From contig CADBTL010000007.1 of assembly GCA_902797575.1 (NCBI GenBank), positions 1-60,265 on the forward strand: DNA of 60,265 nucleotides. Reading direction: 5' to 3'. Origin of the DNA: an uncultured bacterium (GTDB taxonomy: Bacteria > Cyanobacteriota > Vampirovibrionia > Gastranaerophilales > Gastranaerophilaceae). The translations under genes and the position numbers were made by a program. Under the pieces are notes generated by a model. It searched no databases. It was not told the origin of the DNA and saw only the letters and a list, made by a program, of their open reading frames with translations. Numbering within the stretch: the stretch's first letter is position 1; each line of letters begins with the position of its first letter. Below are positions 38,151 to 47,419 of the stretch, piece after piece.

Positions 38151-40829
38151 CTATTTTAAAGATTCAATCAAGTCTTTAATTACACCTTCTTGAGCTGTTA
38201 TTTCTTCTATTCTTGCATTTGTTTGTTCTACAAGTTCGCGTGGTGCGTTTGCAACAAATTTTTCATTTTTCATTCTGCCAAGAAGTGAATTTTTTTCATT
38301 TGTTAATTTTTCCAGCTTTTTTTCTTGTCTTTTAATTTCAGCATTTAAGTCAATCAAATCTGCAAGCGGAACAATCAACTTAGAAGTAGAAACAACCGCA
38401 GTAGCGCTCTTTGGAGGAACAGGAGATAATAAATCAGCATAGGTGATTTTATTAACTTTTGCAAGTCTGTGAATATAAGATTCAATCTCACCAAAAATTT
38501 CTTTTTCTCTGCCTTCACTGCGAATTTCAACATCTACTGTTGCAGAAGTCGGTATATTAAAGCTTTGTCTGACATTTCTTAAAGAAGTAATTGTATTGAA
38601 TACAAGCTTCATTTCTTCTGCTTCGGTTGAATATGATAATTCTTCATTGTATGTTGGATATTCTGCAATAATTAATGCACTTGGCTTATCAACTTCTGCA
38701 CTTAATCCTATGCTTTTTATTCCCTGCCATACTTGTTCGGTAATATGAGGCATTATAGGATGAAGCATTCTTAGTGACATATCAAGAACATATCTTAAAA
38801 CTCTTTGTGTATTTAATTTAAGTTCAGAATCTTGCAATTGAATTTTAGCAATCTCCACATACCAATCACAATATTCACTGCGGAAGAAATCATACAATGT
38901 ATGAGCAATTTCGCCGATTCTGTATTCTTTCATATGTTCATTAACAGTTTTTGCTGTTTCGTTCAATTGGTTAAGAATCCATTTATCAACAAGAGTTAAT
39001 TTATCCTTATTGATAGGTTTGTTATCAACTCCTTCAAGGTTCATTAATACGAATCTTGAAGCGTTCCAAAGTTTGTTTGCAAAATTTCTGCCGTATTCAA
39101 AGCGTTCGTCAGATATTTTGATATCTTGTCCGCCATACGTACAAAGTGATGTCATGGTAAATCTTAAAGCGTCACAGCCATATTTGTCTATAATTTGAAC
39201 CGGATCAATTGTGTTGCCTTTTGATTTTGACATTTTTTGACCTTTTTCATCTCTTATTAATCCGTGTATATATACATCTTTGAATGGTGCTTTTCCTGTA
39301 AATTCAAGTCCCATAGTAATCATTCTTGCAACCCAGAAGAAAATTATATCAAATCCAGTTACAAGAACGCTTGTCGGATAAAATTTCTTAAAATCATCTG
39401 TTTCAGAATTAGGAAATCCCATCGTAGAGAATGGCCATAGACCTGATGAGAACCAAGTATCAAGACAATCTGATTCTTGTACGTAATTTTCAGGATCAGG
39501 ATTTTCTTTAGCAACTACCATTTCTCCTGTGACCTTATGATAATAAGCCGGAATTTGATGTCCCCACCAAATTTGACGAGAAATACACCAATCTCTTATG
39601 TTTTCCATCCATCCTAAATAATTTTTTGTCCAACGTTCAGGAATAAAATTAATTCTGCCGTCCTTAACAGCTGCGATAGCTTCTTTAGCAAGAGGTGCCA
39701 TTTTTACAAACCACTGTTCTGATAGAAGCGGTTCTATTGTTGTATTACATCTTTGGCATTTACCTACGTTATGTTCGTGATCTTTGACTCTTAGCAAGAA
39801 GTTGTTATAAGAAAGCATATCAACGACTTTTTTACGAGCTTCGTATCTGTCAAGCCCTTGATATTCAGGCGGTACTTCTGCGCAAGCTTTCATTTTGCCT
39901 TCTTCATCAATAACCCAAATTGGTTTGAATCCGTGTCTATTTCCGACTTCAAAGTCATTAGGATCGTGAGCGGGAGTGATTTTAACAGCTCCGGTTCCGA
40001 AAGACTTATCAACGTATTCATCTGCGATAATCGGTATTACACGATTTGTAAGCGGTACTAATACATTCTTGCCGATAAGTTCAGAATACTTTTTGTCATC
40101 AGGATGAACAGCGATAGCAACGTCACCAAACATTGTTTCCGGACGTGTTGTATCAACAATAATAGCACCAGGTTCATTAACAAGCGGGTAAGATATTTCC
40201 CATAAATGTCCTTGTTCTGTTTCGTATTCCGTTTCTATATCGGAAATCGCACTTTGACAGCGCGGACACCAGTTAACAATGTATGCACCCTTGTAGATTA
40301 AACCTTTATTATATAAAGTAACAAAAACTTCTTTTACAGCGTCAGAACATCCTTTGTCAAAAGTAAATCTTTCTCTCGAGCGGTCAAAAGATGCACCTAA
40401 TTTTTTCATTTGGTCTAAAATTCTGCTTTTATGTTCATTTGTCCATTCCCAAGTCTTTTCAAGGAATTTTTCTCTGCCTAAATCGTGACGAGTTAAACCT
40501 TCTTTTGCTAATTGTTTTTCAACTACATTTTGAGTAGCAAGTCCGGCATGGTCAGTTCCGGGAATCCAGAGTGCTTCGTAACCGCTCATTCTATGATATC
40601 TTGTAAGAATATCTTGTAATGTTTCATCAAGAGCGTGTCCCATGTGCAAAACTCCTGTTACGTTTGGCGGTGGAATTACAATTGTAAACGGCGGTTTATT
40701 TGAATGAGCGTCAGCTTTAAAATAACCGCCATCTTCCCAGAATTTATACATTTTTTCTTCTGTAGATTTTGCGTCATATACTGTTGGCAAGTCTTCTATT
40801 TTAAATTTTTCCGTTAAAGTTTCTGTCAT
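38151..40829 (-). CDS. valS: Valine--tRNA ligase
   Basis: PPPNVTG.LHMGH, DWCISRQIWWGH, KMSKS, C-terminal coiled coil. Confidence 0.98.
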   Translation of the reverse strand: MTETLTEKFKIEDLPTVYDAKSTEEKMYKFWEDGGYFKADAHSNKPPFTIVIPPPNVTGVLHMGHALDETLQDILTRYHRMSGYEALWIPGTDHAGLATQNVVEKQLAKEGLTRHDLGREKFLEKTWEWTNEHKSRILDQMKKLGASFDRSRERFTFDKGCSDAVKEVFVTLYNKGLIYKGAYIVNWCPRCQSAISDIETEYETEQGHLWEISYPLVNEPGAIIVDTTRPETMFGDVAIAVHPDDKKYSELIGKNVLVPLTNRVIPIIADEYVDKSFGTGAVKITPAHDPNDFEVGNRHGFKPIWVIDEEGKMKACAEVPPEYQGLDRYEARKKVVDMLSYNNFLLRVKDHEHNVGKCQRCNTTIEPLLSEQWFVKMAPLAKEAIAAVKDGRINFIPERWTKNYLGWMENIRDWCISRQIWWGHQIPAYYHKVTGEMVVAKENPDPENYVQESDCLDTWFSSGLWPFSTMGFPNSETDDFKKFYPTSVLVTGFDIIFFWVARMITMGLEFTGKAPFKDVYIHGLIRDEKGQKMSKSKGNTIDPVQIIDKYGCDALRFTMTSLCTYGGQDIKISDERFEYGRNFANKLWNASRFVLMNLEGVDNKPINKDKLTLVDKWILNQLNETAKTVNEHMKEYRIGEIAHTLYDFFRSEYCDWYVEIAKIQLQDSELKLNTQRVLRYVLDMSLRMLHPIMPHITEQVWQGIKSIGLSAEVDKPSALIIAEYPTYNEELSYSTEAEEMKLVFNTITSLRNVRQSFNIPTSATVDVEIRSEGREKEIFGEIESYIHRLAKVNKITYADLLSPVPPKSATAVVSTSKLIVPLADLIDLNAEIKRQEKKLEKLTNEKNSLLGRMKNEKFVANAPRELVEQTNARIEEITAQEGVIKDLIESLK

Positions 40830-40893
40830 AATCAATTCCTCTAATGTGTAAAAATCTTAAGTATATAATAACACAAACAGGGTTTTAAAGATG

Positions 40894-41799
40894 TTATTTA
40901 TTCAACGATTTGGTTTCTGTAGGACAAATATTAGCCGTCAGTACACCGCTAATCATAAATATACATCCTGCAATCTCTTTTAGAGTCATAGTTTCACCCA
41001 AAATTATAACTCCGCCGAGAACTGCAAAAACGGATTCCAGGCAAAGAATTAAGGATGCAATTACAGGGAGTGTGTATTTTTGACCGAATATTTGAAGAGT
41101 GTAAGCAACTCCGCAAGTTACAATTCCTGCATAAAACAGAGGAGTTTTACAAGCAAGAATAGCTTCAATGTTAGGGGTTTCAAATAATAGAAGCGGCAGC
41201 AGAGATAAAAAGCCGACAACAAAAAATTGAAAGCAGGAAGCTTTTACAGGGTTAACAATTCTTGAATAATAGTTTACAACCATTATATGCACAGCATAAA
41301 GAAATGCGCTTAATAACAGCAGTAAATCATATATATCAAATCCGGCATGTGGTTTAAAACATAATAAATACAAACCGATTAAAGCGAGAAATATACTGAT
41401 AACAAGGCTCTTTCTTAATTTTTCGCCAAGTAAAATTGCTATAACCGGTACAAAAATTATATATAATGCACTGATAAAACCACCCTTTCCCGCACCAACA
41501 TATTGCATGCAATATTGTTGAACAGACATAGCAAGAAAGAGTGCAACCCCGCATGCAATACCGGCACGAGTTAAATTTATATGCTGTGCGTGTTTCCGTC
41601 TTTCAGTTCTTTTGTCAGGTTTAGCTACTTTTATAAAAATTATTACAGGAAGCAGGCTTAAACCGCCTAAAAAGCACCTGACAGCATTAAATGTGAATGG
41701 TCCGATGTAATCCATTCCTGCTCTTTGGGCAACAAAAGATAATCCCCAAATTAAAGCCGTTAAAAATAATGAAATATTTGCAAGAATACGATTTTTCAT
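40894..41799 (-). CDS. DMT/EamA family transporter
   Basis: About 10 TMs, IWG.SFVAQ, AYTLQ..GQ, LESVFA. Confidence 0.9.
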   Translation of the reverse strand: MKNRILANISLFLTALIWGLSFVAQRAGMDYIGPFTFNAVRCFLGGLSLLPVIIFIKVAKPDKRTERRKHAQHINLTRAGIACGVALFLAMSVQQYCMQYVGAGKGGFISALYIIFVPVIAILLGEKLRKSLVISIFLALIGLYLLCFKPHAGFDIYDLLLLLSAFLYAVHIMVVNYYSRIVNPVKASCFQFFVVGFLSLLPLLLFETPNIEAILACKTPLFYAGIVTCGVAYTLQIFGQKYTLPVIASLILCLESVFAVLGGVIILGETMTLKEIAGCIFMISGVLTANICPTETKSLNK

Positions 41800-41844
41800 T
41801 TTTCTTACACTTACCCCATATTTACTTCTATATTTACCCCTCCC

Positions 41845-42207
41845 CTAGAATTTTCTGTTAACCCAAATTAAGTGGTAACCAAATTCTGTTTTAACAGGAC
41901 CTACAACTGTGTTTTTTTCTGCGGCAAAAGCTGCTTTTTCAAACTCTTTCACCATCTGACCTCTGCCGAAACAACCTAAGTAGCCGCCCTTTTTACCGGA
42001 TGGGCATTGTGAGTATATAGCGGCAAGCTGCTGAAAATCTTTAAAATCTTTTATTTCAAGCTTTAGTTGTTCTGCTTGAACTTTTTCAGGAACCAAAATA
42101 TGACTTGCACATACATTAATCGGTTCATCAAAGCTGCTTCCCATGTACGCTTTTGCGGGAAGGACAATTAACATTAACAAAAATAAGATTCCTAAAACTT
42201 TTTTCAT
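41845..42207 (-). CDS. Exported parvulin-type peptidyl-prolyl isomerase
   Basis: Signal peptide ending AKA; ASHILV, S.CPSG..GG.LG.F.RGQMV.EFE, PVKTEFGYHLI. Confidence 0.92.
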   Translation of the reverse strand: MKKVLGILFLLMLIVLPAKAYMGSSFDEPINVCASHILVPEKVQAEQLKLEIKDFKDFQQLAAIYSQCPSGKKGGYLGCFGRGQMVKEFEKAAFAAEKNTVVGPVKTEFGYHLIWVNRKF

Positions 42208-42989
42208 TTATTATTTTCCTCTTTTAATATTTCCATTTTAGCAAGTTTCCACAAATTATTAAATTCGTCAAAAGAATATTCTTCAAATGGTTTTGTTTTT
42301 AATTCTTCCATTTTTTTAAATCTTTTAGTAAATTTTTTATTTGCTCTCAAAAGAGCTTGCTCCGCATCTATTTTATACCATCTGGCAAGATTTACCGTTG
42401 CAAAGAAGATATCGCCCATTTCGTCTTCCATTTTGTCATTGTCTCCTGTTTGAACAGCTTCCTCAAATTCTTTGTATTCGGATTTAATACAATCTTTAAG
42501 TGATTCTGCATTCTCCCACTCAAACCCGACTTTGACAACTTTTTTGCTTATTTTTTGTGCTGACATTAAAGCTGATTGCGATTTCGATATACCATCCAAA
42601 ATTGATTTTCGGTATGTTTTTTCTTCTTTCTTCAGTTTGTCCCAATTAACCATAACATCATCTGCTGAATCAACGTGAGCAGTCCCAAATACGTGCGGAT
42701 GACGATGTATTAATTTCTCAGACAGTTCTTTTGCAACATCTTCAATATCAAATTCATTGTTATCTTTAGCTATTTGAGCATGAAGGACAACTTGTAAAAG
42801 AACGTCACCAAGTTCTTCTCTTAAGTTTGGAATGTCGCCGTCATCAATAGCATCGACTGCTTCATAAGCTTCTTCCAACATATTTGGTCTGAGCGATTTA
42901 TGAGTTTGTTCTCTATCCCAAGGGCAACCGTTTTCACTTCTTAAAACAGCTATTATGTCTACTAATTTTTCTAAATGCGGATACTTCAT
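42204..42989 (-). CDS. mazG: Nucleoside triphosphate pyrophosphohydrolase MazG
   Basis: LR..GCPWDREQT, EEAYE, EELGDVLLQV, RHPHVF, E.GD.FF; start at MKYPHL. Confidence 0.95.
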   Translation of the reverse strand: MKYPHLEKLVDIIAVLRSENGCPWDREQTHKSLRPNMLEEAYEAVDAIDDGDIPNLREELGDVLLQVVLHAQIAKDNNEFDIEDVAKELSEKLIHRHPHVFGTAHVDSADDVMVNWDKLKKEEKTYRKSILDGISKSQSALMSAQKISKKVVKVGFEWENAESLKDCIKSEYKEFEEAVQTGDNDKMEDEMGDIFFATVNLARWYKIDAEQALLRANKKFTKRFKKMEELKTKPFEEYSFDEFNNLWKLAKMEILKEENNK

Positions 42990-43066
42990 AGTCTGATTAT
43001 ACCACGCTAAGATTAACGTCATTTAGAAATAATTATTAAGTTATGTAAATATTTTTAATAATTTGT

Positions 43067-43100
43067 GCAATTTTTGTTTTTTAGAATACTTTATATATAT
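43067..43100 (+). promoter_or_regulatory. Recurrent putative promoter motif GCAA-N22-ATATATAT
   Basis: 27 nt upstream of the 43128 ORF; same spacing as the other copies. Confidence 0.5.
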
Positions 43101-43127
43101 GTACAGAGATAATAAAGGTATAATTTC

Positions 43128-43361
43128 ATGGGCGGAATAGACAAATTATTTGGTATTACAAATCCTATAAACACAGGTGGCATAGAACGTGCCGGTTATG
43201 CACAACCAGCGTTTTCATTGCAAAAAACATTCGGTGAGAATGGTACATCGTCAGGAACAACTTTGGGTTTGCATGGTAACTATCAAAGAGGAGATGTTGT
43301 AAGTATTCCTTCTGGTGCCGGATATGAAGCACACCAAGCTCGTATTCTTGGCTATTGCTAG
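43128..43361 (+). CDS. Small Gly-rich hypothetical protein (77 aa)
   Basis: AAGG SD, own promoter motif and own terminator. Confidence 0.7.
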   Translation: MGGIDKLFGITNPINTGGIERAGYAQPAFSLQKTFGENGTSSGTTLGLHGNYQRGDVVSIPSGAGYEAHQARILGYC

Positions 43362-43382
43362 TTATAAATTTTGTTAAATAAT

Positions 43383-43411
43383 AAAAGAGACTTCTTCGGA
43401 GGTCTTTTTTT
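43383..43411 (+). terminator. Intrinsic terminator
   Basis: AGACTTC-TTCG-GAGGTCT followed by a T tract. Confidence 0.85.
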
Positions 43412-43423
43412 GTTGTTTTATTA

Positions 43424-43680
43424 GTGAATTACAAATCTGTTTTAAACAAATTTGCAGATAAAAAAACTCTAAAATTAACACACGAATTACCACTCAAAAT
43501 AATTGTCTATAATACAGTAATAATGTTTAATAAACACATATTATGTATTTCCAAAATCCCATGCAAAATCCCAAACAAATCCCAAACAAATCCCAATCAA
43601 ATCCCAATCAAATCCCAACAACTAAAGAAAGGAATAAAGGAAGAAAGGAAGAATATTATTAAAAAAATATTTTTTAATTT
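43424..43680 (+). pseudogene. Possible remnant of a phage replication initiator (replisome organiser) gene
   Basis: LKLTHE..TVIMFNK followed by a Q/N/P/T-rich linker encoded by 11-bp repeats and then KKGIKEERKNII; no SD. Confidence 0.35.
43554..43620 (+). repeat. Six iteron-like AAATCCCA direct repeats (11-bp period)
   Basis: Units start at 43554, 43566, 43577, 43588, 43599, 43610. Confidence 0.9.
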
Positions 43681-43793
43681 TAATAACTTTTTTCCGCATC
43701 CTCATTTTGTAAAATTATATTAAGCAAAGCTTATAAAATTGTTATATATTTTTAAGAATGTGGAACATGTAAGTGTAGTACTATAGCGGAAAC

Positions 43794-44069
43794 ATGTTTA
43801 TGAGTCTAGGAATAAACGGAGAACAATTTAATTATTTTCAGATCAAACCTGTCAATGAACGGGAAGCTAATCCTATTTATGGCGGGAATAATTTCTTTGT
43901 TAATCCTACGCCTGAGATTAAAAGTTTTACAAATGAACTGGGAATAAACATTCCATCTATTCACTCATATACAACAGATGTTGACGGAACACGTGTTGCA
44001 ATGGGACAAGATGGTGTAGGTTTAGCTCATGTAAACGCATCAGAACACGCTTTCCACGCAATTGGCTAA
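43794..44069 (+). CDS. Small hypothetical protein (~90 aa)
   Basis: Coding-like composition; Gly/Asn-rich like the 43128 peptide. Confidence 0.6.
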   Translation: MFMSLGINGEQFNYFQIKPVNEREANPIYGGNNFFVNPTPEIKSFTNELGINIPSIHSYTTDVDGTRVAMGQDGVGLAHVNASEHAFHAIG

Positions 44070-44113
44070 TTGCCGGTACTGATTTCTCTTTATCAAGGAC
44101 GAAATTACTTTTT

Positions 44114-44243
44114 ATTTACCCCTATTACAACAGGCGGAGCAGTTTAACGAAACTTCGTCATACATAATTTGCCCCTACAACAGGCGGATGAGTGTAACAC
44201 AACTTTGTTATCCTCCCTATTTACCCCTATACTCCATTACCCC
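44114..44243. repeat. Two tandem 50-bp REP-like units (TACAACAGGCGGA...hairpin...ATTTRCCCC)
   Basis: TACAACAGGCGGA at 44126 and 44176; homologous to 9493-9536. Confidence 0.75.
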
Positions 44244-44256
44244 TTTATCACGAAAT

Positions 44257-45084
44257 ATGATTAGTTTACGTACAAATATAACAAGTTTAATGGTTCAAAA
44301 AAATCTGTCTAAAGCGACTGCGGGTTTAGATAGAGCAATTGAGCAGCTTACAACAGGGTATAAACTTAATCATGCTAAGGATAATCCGGCAAATTATGCG
44401 ATGATGAAAAACATGGAGACAAAGCTTCATGCGTGGGAAATAGCAGCTGATAATATTTCTATAGGAAATGATATGCTTGAAACTGCATCGAGTAATGCCG
44501 AATTAATCGGAAACCATTTAAACAGAATACGTGATTTATGTGAGCAAGCTTCTAACGGAACTTACGGAGAACAATCAATTAATGCCATCAAATCCGAGAT
44601 ATCAGCAAGAGTTGATGAGATAAAAAGAATAAAAGAAAACACTGAGTTTAATGATATAAAGCTTTTTGGTGAGTGTGATTCGGAGGGGAAAGTAATTGGT
44701 AAAGAGATATTTATCCAAGTTGGAATTGACGGTTCACCGAGTTCAAGAATAGGAATTGATACAACTCTTGATTTGAGTGAAATAGATGATATTTTAGATT
44801 GGAATATACGAGATTCAAAGAATCTTGATAAGATAGATGAATACATTGATAAAATATCTGCTTACGAGGTAAAAATAGGTGCATCACAAAACAGGTTAGA
44901 GTGCGCTCTAGAGCTTACCGAAGTTAATACAAATAATCTTACTTCATCAATATCAACCATTCGTGATGCAGATATTGCAAAAGTTTCAAGTGAGTTTATA
45001 AGATATCAAATATTACAACAAGCATGTGCGACATTACTTGCAACAGCTAATCAAATGCCTGCTATGGCGCTTCAATTAATTTAG
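44257..45084 (+). CDS. fliC: Flagellin (short, 275 aa)
   Basis: ISLRTN, L.TG.KLN.AKD.PA, L.RIRDL..QA.NGT, GASQNRLE, S.IRDAD.A, ILQQA...LA.ANQ.P..AL.L. Confidence 0.9.
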   Translation: MISLRTNITSLMVQKNLSKATAGLDRAIEQLTTGYKLNHAKDNPANYAMMKNMETKLHAWEIAADNISIGNDMLETASSNAELIGNHLNRIRDLCEQASNGTYGEQSINAIKSEISARVDEIKRIKENTEFNDIKLFGECDSEGKVIGKEIFIQVGIDGSPSSRIGIDTTLDLSEIDDILDWNIRDSKNLDKIDEYIDKISAYEVKIGASQNRLECALELTEVNTNNLTSSISTIRDADIAKVSSEFIRYQILQQACATLLATANQMPAMALQLI

Positions 45085-45626
45085 CGTTTTATTGCACCCC
45101 AAGCTCGTATAAAACCTTTTTCATACATTAGCAGATAATAATCACCATTTCTTACGTATTCAATAGTTGCTTCCATATGTTCATATTTTTGTGGAACCGT
45201 TGCACCGGTAACAGCATATTTTTTATTTATAATTTCTTGTGTTCTGGCTTGTTGTTTTTCTTTTCTAATTCTTTTTTTATCTTCTTTAGTCGGTTTTTTG
45301 TTGGATTTATATAATTTATTAAGTTCGTGTTGGTTTTCTGCTATCTTGAAAACAGGAATTATTGCAAGTAAATTTTTAGATTCAATTATATATAAAAATT
45401 CCCTATCATCAGACAGAGCCAGCTGATAATATCCGGGGGTAATATAATTACCGTTATGGTCTGATATGTAGTCTTCAATTAGTAGTACCGGTTGTTCGTC
45501 AGTCGGAATAGCGTATCTGTATATGGTATCTTGGTGTACCATAATTCCTGATGGTGTCTGCGGGTAAGGTGCAGAGGGTGTCAGATAGTCAATATCTCTT
45601 AAAACAGGTGCAATGCCATCTATCAT
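45081..45626 (-). CDS. Hypothetical protein
   Basis: ORF coupled to rnpA (4-nt overlap); no family recognised. Confidence 0.65.
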   Translation of the reverse strand: MIDGIAPVLRDIDYLTPSAPYPQTPSGIMVHQDTIYRYAIPTDEQPVLLIEDYISDHNGNYITPGYYQLALSDDREFLYIIESKNLLAIIPVFKIAENQHELNKLYKSNKKPTKEDKKRIRKEKQQARTQEIINKKYAVTGATVPQKYEHMEATIEYVRNGDYYLLMYEKGFIRAWGAIKR

Positions 45627-45967
45627 AACTTATACACCAATTTTCTTATAGCGTCAGATACTTCTTGAAAACTTTTGCCTAACAATTTAGAGGATGCTAC
45701 AAAAATAATTGACATATATTTATCTGAAATGGCACCTTCTTTTATAAGCAATCTGTAGCTTTCACGCATTAATCTTTTAATTCTGTTTCTTTTAACAGCT
45801 CGTTTATGAATTTTTTTGCTAACAACAAACCCGACTTTTGTAGGGTAATTATTCTGTTTCTCTTTTCCGATAAAAAGCGTTACACCGTCTTTGTGTAAAG
45901 ATTTTCCGGTTTTGTAAGTCGCATTAAAAGCTGAACGTTTTTTTAATCTATAGTTCTTAGGCAGCAT
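45623..45967 (-). CDS. rnpA: Ribonuclease P protein component
   Basis: MLPK.YRL, GFVVSKK..KRAVKRNRIKR..RE. Confidence 0.95.
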   Translation of the reverse strand: MLPKNYRLKKRSAFNATYKTGKSLHKDGVTLFIGKEKQNNYPTKVGFVVSKKIHKRAVKRNRIKRLMRESYRLLIKEGAISDKYMSIIFVASSKLLGKSFQEVSDAIRKLVYKL

Positions 45968-46039
45968 AAGTTGATAATACTACAACAGACGATATATGTA
46001 AACTTTTGTAACAATTTTGTAAAAATTAGCCATAATTAT

Positions 46040-46067
46040 CAAAGTTTTAGGCAGAAAATGCCGTTAA
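46040..46067 (+). promoter_or_regulatory. Sigma28-like promoter
   Basis: CAAA(46040-43)-N16-GCCGTTAA(46060-67). Confidence 0.55.
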
Positions 46068-46110
46068 CCATGTAAAAGGGAAAACTATAACCAAAAGGAT
46101 TCGTTAAAAA

Positions 46111-47286
46111 ATGGGACTGGCAGCGACACAAGCAAGACTATTAACCATAACCGCTCGAATTCATGATGTCGAATACGAAGTAATGCGCATCATGAACGAG
46201 AAGGTTGAGCTTGGAACGCATCAGGACAAGATTTATCAAGATTATTGCAGAGCATTGGACGCACAAAAATTACAAATAGCAGTTAGTAGTGACAGTACAT
46301 CGTTAAATTATGTAGACGCTACATTTACTAATATTTGCGGGTACAATAACAGCAGAAAAGGCACATTTGCACTCATAGACAGTTCAACAGGTCGTATGAT
46401 TGTAGAAGATGATGCTTACGATGCATACAAAGAATATAGTAATGACAAGTATGCTTTTGCTTGGGCTATGATGGGATTTGAAAAAAATGATTTTGCGTGG
46501 GCTGATACTGCATATGAAGGTACCGGAGATCAGGTCGGTATTAATTCTCCATCAGGAGAACCAATAAAAACAAAAGACGGTTCTATTATATATGTAAGGT
46601 CAATGACGGAAGCTGAAGAATATGTATTTGACAAGCATAAAGATCTTAACTTGGACGAAACTGTCAAAACAAAATATGACAAGTACCAAACTGCATTACA
46701 AACAGGTGACAGAGATAAAATATCAGCGGCATTATCTGATTTTAGGAGTGCATTTACCTCAAAATATTTTGAAGAAATATATGATGCAATGCGTTTGGAT
46801 AAAGAAGGTGTAACAAAAGAGCAAGCAATCAGCAGTGGACAATATATTCCCGGTTTCGACGGCGATTATGATCCTGAACTAAAAGATGAGTTTGACTATT
46901 ATGTTCGTGTCTTTGAGGGTATAGAGCATGCCGGAGGTTGTATACCCGTAAGTAAATATTCAGAAGACGGTGATACCGGTAATGAATGGTTAAATAATCT
47001 AATGGATTACGGCATGATTACTATAAATGAATACGATAAGAAAAAAGGTTGGAGTGCAACCAGTGTTTCAGGAAGTTCAAATTTAAAACAGGTAACGGAT
47101 AATAATGCAATCAAAAGAGCTGAGGCAAAATATCAATATGAACTCTCTATTATAAATAAAAAAGAGGCAAAAATGGATCAAGATCTTAAGAGTCTTGAGG
47201 CAGAACGTTCTGCTCTCAATACAGAATTTGATTCGTATAAGAATATTATAGATGAAAACATAAAACGAACATATAAAATAGGTTAA
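46111..47286 (+). CDS. Hypothetical protein with terminal coiled coils (MGLAATQARLL...), flagellin-like architecture
   Basis: Amphipathic N-terminal helix, heptad C-terminus (KRAEAKYQYEL...ERSALNTEFDS.K.II..NI.RTY), no signal peptide. Confidence 0.8.
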   Translation: MGLAATQARLLTITARIHDVEYEVMRIMNEKVELGTHQDKIYQDYCRALDAQKLQIAVSSDSTSLNYVDATFTNICGYNNSRKGTFALIDSSTGRMIVEDDAYDAYKEYSNDKYAFAWAMMGFEKNDFAWADTAYEGTGDQVGINSPSGEPIKTKDGSIIYVRSMTEAEEYVFDKHKDLNLDETVKTKYDKYQTALQTGDRDKISAALSDFRSAFTSKYFEEIYDAMRLDKEGVTKEQAISSGQYIPGFDGDYDPELKDEFDYYVRVFEGIEHAGGCIPVSKYSEDGDTGNEWLNNLMDYGMITINEYDKKKGWSATSVSGSSNLKQVTDNNAIKRAEAKYQYELSIINKKEAKMDQDLKSLEAERSALNTEFDSYKNIIDENIKRTYKIG

Positions 47287-47326
47287 TAATAAAAATTTCC
47301 CTTTTTAATCCCTTTTCCCTTTTTCC

Positions 47327-47354
47327 GCTTGAGCTAAAACTCAAGCTTTTTTTT
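47327..47354 (+). terminator. Intrinsic terminator
   Basis: GCTTGAG-CTAAAA-CTCAAGC followed by T8. Confidence 0.8.
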
Positions 47355-47419
47355 AATTCTCAAGTGCTATTTAATTGTAAAAAATATTTTGATACAATAT
47401 ATTCAGATAGGAGATTTAT

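Noticed and set aside
43554-44243. Possible CRISPR array
   Set aside because: The 11-bp repeats have no spacers, the 50-bp units number only two with related interiors, and no cas genes are present.
44188-44256. 23-aa N-terminal extension of flagellin in the ORF track
   Set aside because: Encoded by repeat DNA; flagellin homology begins at ATG 44257.
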